A stretch of DNA of 56,757 nt, counting the filler, from Barthelona sp. PAP020 (taxonomy: Eukaryota): the NCBI GenBank assembly GCA_040182905.1. It is 3 parts of 3 records of this genome, joined end to end, with 100 filler letters (N's around TTAATTAATTAA, not from the genome) between each part and the next. Parts side by side here need not be neighbours in the genome. Positions count along the whole stretch, not along the records: positions 38,081 to 56,757 come from JARQWU010000218.1; 2 more parts are not named here. One strand, 5' to 3'. Below, in pieces: positions 51,293 to 56,757 of the stretch (the stretch's first letter is position 1; each line of letters opens with the position of its first letter). Under the pieces are notes generated by a model. The model worked only from the letters and a program-made list of their open reading frames with translations. It did not search any database and was not told where the DNA came from. A program made the position numbers and the translations under genes.

Positions 51293-52423
51293 CTACACGA
51301 TTTGATCATGTAAAATTCTAAAACGACGTACAGATTCTAAATATGAAAGAACATCCTTAGGTTTAAGAGTACCCACAGTATCAAAAGCGTCTTTTGTTGA
51401 CAAAAAATCATTTTCAAGAAATTTTAAGTTTTTTTCTTCAAAAGTTTGATTCTTGGTAAACTTGTAAAAATCAGTGTCTTCAAAATTCGACTTGTGTTTA
51501 CTTAATTTTACCATATCAATGGGTTCATAAGAACGAATGAGTTTATTTTTGTGGGTATGAGCATGGGTCCTTTCAGTACTTTCTTCATTTTCACTTTCAG
51601 AAAACAAATCTGAATGTTGTTCTTTTAAAAAGGCTTCATCATTGTCTGAATTCGATGACTCTTCAGTGGTTAAATAAATTCTTTCAAGTTCATCTAAAAA
51701 GACGCTCTTTGTCATGAAATAATTGTCTGTTTGATACCACAAATGAAAATAATCAATAACATTCTTGTATGTTAATGCGTCATTTGTTTGTTCAGTGGTG
51801 AATCGTGGATGTAACAATTCAAAATGAACCCTTTTTAAATTTCGCCCATTGTGCCAGTATAACATGGGAAAAGCATTTATTTGAAGTGAATTTAATTGTT
51901 CTTTTATGTAACCTTCAGAATCAACACAAATAGGCATTTTTGAAAATTTAGCTTTCACTTTTTCAACATCGTAATCAAACAAATGTAAATATCTCATTGC
52001 CAATTCCATATTTAAATACTCAGTTGATGAATATTCGCGCATATATTGTCTTTTTAACCAATCCTCAAACATAGACAATTTCTCTTGGGATATTTTAGGC
52101 CCGCAAAATAATAATAAAGTTTCTTCATCAACCTCACTTTCAATGATTGTTTGTTTTTCCATTGTGTTAGAAAATTCAATGCAATTAGGAATTTCTGCCT
52201 GAAATTCAGGTCCAATTCGAGGATTACTTGGAATATTTTTTAGATCTAATACGGTAAATGGTTCGTAAGGCGGGATTATCGGAGCTTTTTTCGGTAAAAA
52301 AGAATCACAAATGATTTCATCAAACGAATGATCATTTTTCGAGGTTTTAATTTCTATCAAACTAGCTTCTCTATTTCTATTATCTTTTAAGGGAATTAAT
52401 TCATCTTTTTTGAAAAATGACAT
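51293..52423 (-). CDS. ELM2-SANT domain chromatin / HDAC co-repressor protein
   Basis: PRIGPEFQAEIP (ELM2 start), ELAMRYLHLFDYDVEK, and SANT-like F...Y...GRNLKRVH...TYKNVIDYFHLW. Confidence 0.85.
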   Translation of the reverse strand: MSFFKKDELIPLKDNRNREASLIEIKTSKNDHSFDEIICDSFLPKKAPIIPPYEPFTVLDLKNIPSNPRIGPEFQAEIPNCIEFSNTMEKQTIIESEVDEETLLLFCGPKISQEKLSMFEDWLKRQYMREYSSTEYLNMELAMRYLHLFDYDVEKVKAKFSKMPICVDSEGYIKEQLNSLQINAFPMLYWHNGRNLKRVHFELLHPRFTTEQTNDALTYKNVIDYFHLWYQTDNYFMTKSVFLDELERIYLTTEESSNSDNDEAFLKEQHSDLFSESENEESTERTHAHTHKNKLIRSYEPIDMVKLSKHKSNFEDTDFYKFTKNQTFEEKNLKFLENDFLSTKDAFDTVGTLKPKDVLSYLESVRRFRILHDQIV

Positions 52424-52583
52424 TCCAAAAAAAAAAAAAAATTATCTGTTCTGAGCTAGATTTGATAATTTGTTTAAATAAATCACGTTATTTATATTAT
52501 CTTTGGTCTTCTAACTAAATGAATGTTTATTAACAATTGAAATAAAAGAATACACCTTTTTTTTTTTTTAAAGTTGATGATTC

Positions 52584-53918
52584 ATGAAAGATGGTGATAT
52601 TATAGCTGATTGGCCATTTGGAGCATCTAAAACTAATTCCAAACCAACATTTCTTTGTGAACTTTTGGTGTTGGATAGGTTTAAATCAAAAACATCTTCA
52701 ATAGACAGTGATATTATTCCTGAAGATATCATATCCGATATTGTTGAAGAGAGATGTGTAGATGTTACAATTTGTTTCAGTAATTTTGATGTACGAAATT
52801 TGGTTCATGATGAGAGTTCTGATGAAGAAGAATCTGATGATGAATATGGAAAAGGAAAAAAGAAATTTAGAAAGCACAAAAGGACAAAAAGATATGGTAT
52901 TGAGAGTGTTCTTGTAAGTTTATTGAGAAAAATTGGAAATCAACCTTATTTAATGATTGATTTTCGCTTTAGTTATTTATTTGTAAATGATTTTTCATCA
53001 TTTAATAGTTGTTTTGGACGATATAAACAATCGAAGCTTGTAAAATCGATAAAACTGATTAATCTAAGCAATAATGATAAATTTAAGATCGACAAGTTGA
53101 GTTTTGATCAAATTGGGCGATTTCTTTCCATATTTGATAATTTGCAACATGTGGCCATTTGCAATTACTTTGGGATGTTTAAATGGAAAAAGCCGAAGGA
53201 ATATCGTCTTTCAATTGCGAGGTATTGTCGACATCCTTTACGAATAGATGGAATTTTGGTTAAACAACAGGAAATTCCTTTGGTTGACACATCTTTTTAC
53301 ATGCTTGAAGAAAGTGAATTGAATTTTTTGGATGAATTTACTGAAAAATTCTTTTCAGATGCTGCCCAACTTAATTTACATCAAGATTTTCTTTTTCAAA
53401 TAGCTAAAATTTCATATGAAAGGAAGGATGCTACTAGAAATCATTTTGATAAATATTTATCCCACGTTGAATCAAAACTGATTTTAACTGGGCTTTCTGA
53501 TTTGCCGATTCATTTTGTCACAAAACAAAAATTAACTGATGAATTGCATGATCATTGGCAAGCATTTACTCCTTTACAATTTATTGTTTTTGATAAGATG
53601 AATTTGGAAGAAAAGAATCTTGATATCTATAAAGGCATGTTATTTGGCTGTTTTGAAATTGTAGAAGTTTTTGAAAACTTTGATTCAAAGAATAAGTATG
53701 GAAAGAATAAATACAAAAGTGATGTTGAGAAAGAGAGAGTGTATACTTCATCATTTGCTTTGGAAATCGCAGTTGATTCTACAACAAAAGAAATTGTTAT
53801 GGTGGCTTGTGTGGTTCTTCCTGAATTCTATTTGTTTTTTCATGATATGCTATTTAATATGCATAATAATAATTTGGACATTTTATCAGCTTATGAAACA
53901 ATTGAAAAATCCACATAG
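52584..53918 (+). CDS. Hypothetical protein with degenerate LRR and LRRcap-like motif, 444 aa
   Basis: IKLINLSNN, LQHVAICN and EYRLSIARYCRHPLRIDG (YR....LDG cap). Acidic then basic patch KGKKKFRKHKR. Confidence 0.65.
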   Translation: MKDGDIIADWPFGASKTNSKPTFLCELLVLDRFKSKTSSIDSDIIPEDIISDIVEERCVDVTICFSNFDVRNLVHDESSDEEESDDEYGKGKKKFRKHKRTKRYGIESVLVSLLRKIGNQPYLMIDFRFSYLFVNDFSSFNSCFGRYKQSKLVKSIKLINLSNNDKFKIDKLSFDQIGRFLSIFDNLQHVAICNYFGMFKWKKPKEYRLSIARYCRHPLRIDGILVKQQEIPLVDTSFYMLEESELNFLDEFTEKFFSDAAQLNLHQDFLFQIAKISYERKDATRNHFDKYLSHVESKLILTGLSDLPIHFVTKQKLTDELHDHWQAFTPLQFIVFDKMNLEEKNLDIYKGMLFGCFEIVEVFENFDSKNKYGKNKYKSDVEKERVYTSSFALEIAVDSTTKEIVMVACVVLPEFYLFFHDMLFNMHNNNLDILSAYETIEKST

Positions 53919-54090
53919 TAAATTCGTTTTTATCCTTTTTATTTCATATTATCTCTTTTTTATCCCGGTATTATTTTGTAAAATTATACAATTTCTTCTA
54001 TTTTTGTGAATTTTTGTGTGTTTGGTTTGACACCAGAAAGATTAATTTTTCATATTTTTTTTTCCACATTCAATTTATAAGTAATTTATT

Positions 54091-54570
54091 ATGATCACAT
54101 ATCGCCAAGCGAATGCTATGGATCTCCCGAAGCTTCAACATTGTAATTCAGTGTGTTTACCCGAAAATTATACTAGTCAATTTCATAATTATCATTTTAT
54201 GACTTCTCCATATACTTCATGGATAGCTGAATGTGATGGTGTAGTTGTAGGTTATGTGATGGGAAAAATTGAAGAAATTGAAAATTCCAATAAAAAGAAA
54301 AGTGAAATTAGATATTCTGGTCATATCACATCTGTTGCCGTTGAATTACCATACCGAAATATGGGTATTGGAAAACAATTAATGATGTTAACTTTAAAGA
54401 CTATGACTGATATTTATGATTTGGATTATTGCACATTGCATGTAAGAGCTTCAAATACAGTTGCACAAGAGATGTACAAGGGACTTGGATTTGAGATTTA
54501 TTCCAGAGAACTGAAATATTACGGTAACCAAGAAACTGCATTTGAGATGCGTTGCAGATTTGGGCATTGA
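54091..54570 (+). CDS. NAA10: N-terminal acetyltransferase A catalytic subunit (Ard1/Naa10)
   Basis: LQHCNSVCLPENY, VVGYVMGK.EE, GHITSVAV..YRNMGIG..LM, LHVRASN..A..MY..LGF, YYGNQETAFEM. Confidence 0.93.
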   Translation: MITYRQANAMDLPKLQHCNSVCLPENYTSQFHNYHFMTSPYTSWIAECDGVVVGYVMGKIEEIENSNKKKSEIRYSGHITSVAVELPYRNMGIGKQLMMLTLKTMTDIYDLDYCTLHVRASNTVAQEMYKGLGFEIYSRELKYYGNQETAFEMRCRFGH

Positions 54571-54669
54571 ATTGATTTGTTTATCTGAAATTTTCTGGAT
54601 GTGATGATTTGATTTTCATATAAAGGTATAAATATCATTTATTCAAATTTTTTATTTATTTTTTCTTCT

Positions 54670-55583
54670 TGTACGAACCTTTTCCCGAACTTACCCAAAT
54701 CAGAGACTGGGAATTTCAGTTTACTAATAAATAATAAACCTTAATCTTTATTCTTTTTGGGAGATGCCTTGTTAAAGTGGTACCGTGTTACAGAGTGGTA
54801 TCAGCAATGAAAAGAAACATTCCACAAGGGTTGTCTAATAATAATATTTACACTTATAAAGAGTGGGTTCAGCTCTTCACTGGAATTTATTTTTTGGAGA
54901 CTAAAAAAGAATGCTGACAGTGGATTCCTCAGTCTCGATCCTAACAATCTCCTTGTGGGTGTGCAACTTCCTGAAGACAACTGCGGCATGTGAAACCAGG
55001 TGAGGTAGAGACTTTGTTACCGATCATCAAGCAGGAAACTGACTCCTTTTTAGATTTTGAACTGGGACTGCGTACCTCAAGGTCTAAACTTAAGAATGTG
55101 TTCCAGTTTTGGTTTTGATTTATCAATGCCGGATATATACAAAACCCTCTTTTTATAAAGAAAATGGCAAGAATGTTTTTAAAAAAGAAAAAAAAAGGAA
55201 ATAGATTCCACACGAAAGCTGCAAAAAGGGGAAATAGTGTTTTAAAGATACCGAAAGGGTGCATTGCAAGTAACAAACCTGATAAAACATAAAATGAAGT
55301 TGCTAAGCATTGACTCTGTGGAAGTGTTCTGTGAAAGATATGGACACTTGAACATCAAACTCCCTATTTCATCAGAGGAATCGATAAGTATTTTGCTGCA
55401 AAAAAAAATCAGAGGAGTTCTTACACCAAGAGTGATCAAAGGAATAGTAGCAACTGATGCTTTACCTTTGAAAAAAGGGATTGCGATAAAGACAAGCAAT
55501 ACCACGAGAATGCAGTCAAAATAGGCAGACTGTTCAAACGATATTGCCCTTCTAGAGTTGCAAGCACTAGAAGATGTGTTACA
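54670..55583 (+). mobile_element. Decayed LTR-retrotransposon fragment (putative LTR, PBS, gag, protease)
   Basis: TGTA...TACA 54670-54792 containing AATAAA; TGGTATCAG at 54796-54804; ATG at 54807; broken zinc-knuckle-like CFK..KGCIASNKPDK (55238-55286); DT*TSNSL (55343-55366) resembling DTGASxS; many stops and frameshifts. Confidence 0.55.
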
Positions 55584-55811
55584 AAATTAAAAAACATCGT
55601 GAGTCATCTTGATCTTCTTTTTAAACCAAACATCAATGTACTTTTTTCAGACACAACAAAAGACATTTCACTTTTGTTCAAGTTCCATATAAATGTACAA
55701 GAGATAATGCACTACCAAATGAAAGAATTGTGACGCTTTACAGAATGAGAAGGTTAAACCTTGGAAATCGCCTTCCAATGATGAAAAAGAAATTAGTGAC
55801 ACAAAGACAAT

Positions 55812-56757
55812 TTACACCAGGCATAAAGCCATCAGATCCTCAAAGCTACATACTGCTAAATCTGTAGCCAAAACAGAGAATTCCAAAAAAGCACTTCTCA
55901 TTGTTTCAGCGATCGATTGATATTTGGAGATATATATTTTAATGGAAAGATTTATGAATTCATCAAAGTTATCACGATTAACAGATTTGGGTTTGAGCCC
56001 AAGTGATTTAAAATTGAATTCTGCAAGGTCGGTTGAGTAAAATTGGTATACAAAGGGTCTCAATGATGGAAATACCTTAAGACACAAATCACGATCAACA
56101 CCATCAAACATGGTCAAAGAGCTGGTTGAAATGAGACCAAATGGAGTTGGTCCAAGAAGACTGATTGGTATTTGGACCCAATGAATGAGGCAATGAAGAA
56201 TGAAATAGCTCAGTGAACGTAGGGTTGATTCTTCTAAATCATCATCAAGTTTGAATGATTCCCCATTTGTTTCGCCCATAAAGTTGAAACTAGTGAAATT
56301 ATCAACAAGCCAATCAATGAAAGAGAGCAGAGTCAATGGTTCAGAAAGATCATTCATTTTGAATATGATGTTCTTGGACATGTTGTCAATGGTAAAGCAA
56401 CGTTCAAAGAAAGAGCTGAATTGTTCATCCAAACGTTGCTCAATAATCAACGGTTCACCTACTTCTAGGTTAAAGTTGAAACTTTCAAGAACATCCACGA
56501 TGTGAATTGAACGTCTTTCCTGAGTTGCAGATTTATACAAGTCATAAATTTTTTGTTCAAGTTGCCTCAAACTGACACGTTGTTTGATGTTCTGAGTGAT
56601 ACATTGAAGAATGATTTCATAGAGTTCATCAGTTTTATCACCTGCATTTTTGAAGTAGTTTTGTATGGTGATAACGCTTTCTTGCAAAAGAGTTGGATAA
56701 AACATACGAATCAGTAATTTACCTAAAGCGAAAATATCCATTGATAAGTCAATATTT
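55812..56757 (-). CDS. Protein kinase C-lobe fused to a degenerate HECT N-lobe (5' end outside the window)
   Basis: Frame open to the window edge. DIFALG...LQCITQNIKQRVSL (kinase subdomains IX-XI), then VNRDNFDEFINL....MRSAF...CSFEDLMALCL resembling HECT VT..N..EYV.L...FR.GF...EL..L. Confidence 0.7.
   Translation of the reverse strand, partial: NIDLSMDIFALGKLLIRMFYPTLLQESVITIQNYFKNAGDKTDELYEIILQCITQNIKQRVSLRQLEQKIYDLYKSATQERRSIHIVDVLESFNFNLEVGEPLIIEQRLDEQFSSFFERCFTIDNMSKNIIFKMNDLSEPLTLLSFIDWLVDNFTSFNFMGETNGESFKLDDDLEESTLRSLSYFILHCLIHWVQIPISLLGPTPFGLISTSSLTMFDGVDRDLCLKVFPSLRPFVYQFYSTDLAEFNFKSLGLKPKSVNRDNFDEFINLSIKIYISKYQSIAETMRSAFLEFSVLATDLAVCSFEDLMALCLV

Noticed and set aside
55770..55817. 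Intron bypassing the stop of the kinase-HECT gene (GT...CACTAAT...AG on the minus strand)
   Set aside because: No AG at the fixed distance after CTAAT seen in the real intron, and no HECT C-lobe is recovered downstream.
529..56757. Alternative genetic code (stop-codon reassignment)
   Set aside because: Conserved genes end at the expected positions with TAA, TAG and TGA, and long ORFs have no internal stops.

Overview
AT-rich, gene-dense, nearly intron-free eukaryotic DNA using the standard genetic code. It consists of three contigs joined by artificial N44-TTAATTAATTAA-N44 linkers (18949-19048, 37981-38080), so adjacency across the linkers means nothing. A 39-nt intron with a fused branch point/3' site and WGTAAA motifs after many stops suggest a metamonad-like flagellate (inference). 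Housekeeping genes: Rav1/DMXL, a Qc-SNARE, AP-2 sigma, a papain-family protease, ARPC4, the 3' end of Hsp90, a 3160-aa HECT ligase, a CEP76/CC2D2A-like protein, Spt6, UBA5, an ELM2-SANT protein, NAA10, tRNA-Gly(GCC) and tRNA-His(GTG). The most interesting signal is an accessory, domain-shuffling family. A WD40 protein and an ankyrin protein share a ~74-aa C-terminal domain I do not recognise. A tandem paralog of the ankyrin gene carries an N-terminal kinase and lacks that domain. The ankyrin repeats vary mainly at ligand-binding positions. Around these genes lie decayed Merlin/IS1016-like transposase fragments and a dispersed repeat that also sits upstream of both tRNAs. Other candidates: a decayed LTR retrotransposon, a kinase-HECT N-lobe fusion, a Trp-rich GW/WG tail on Spt6 and a GC-rich structured intergenic RNA. 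All assignments come from motifs read by eye; no searches were run.
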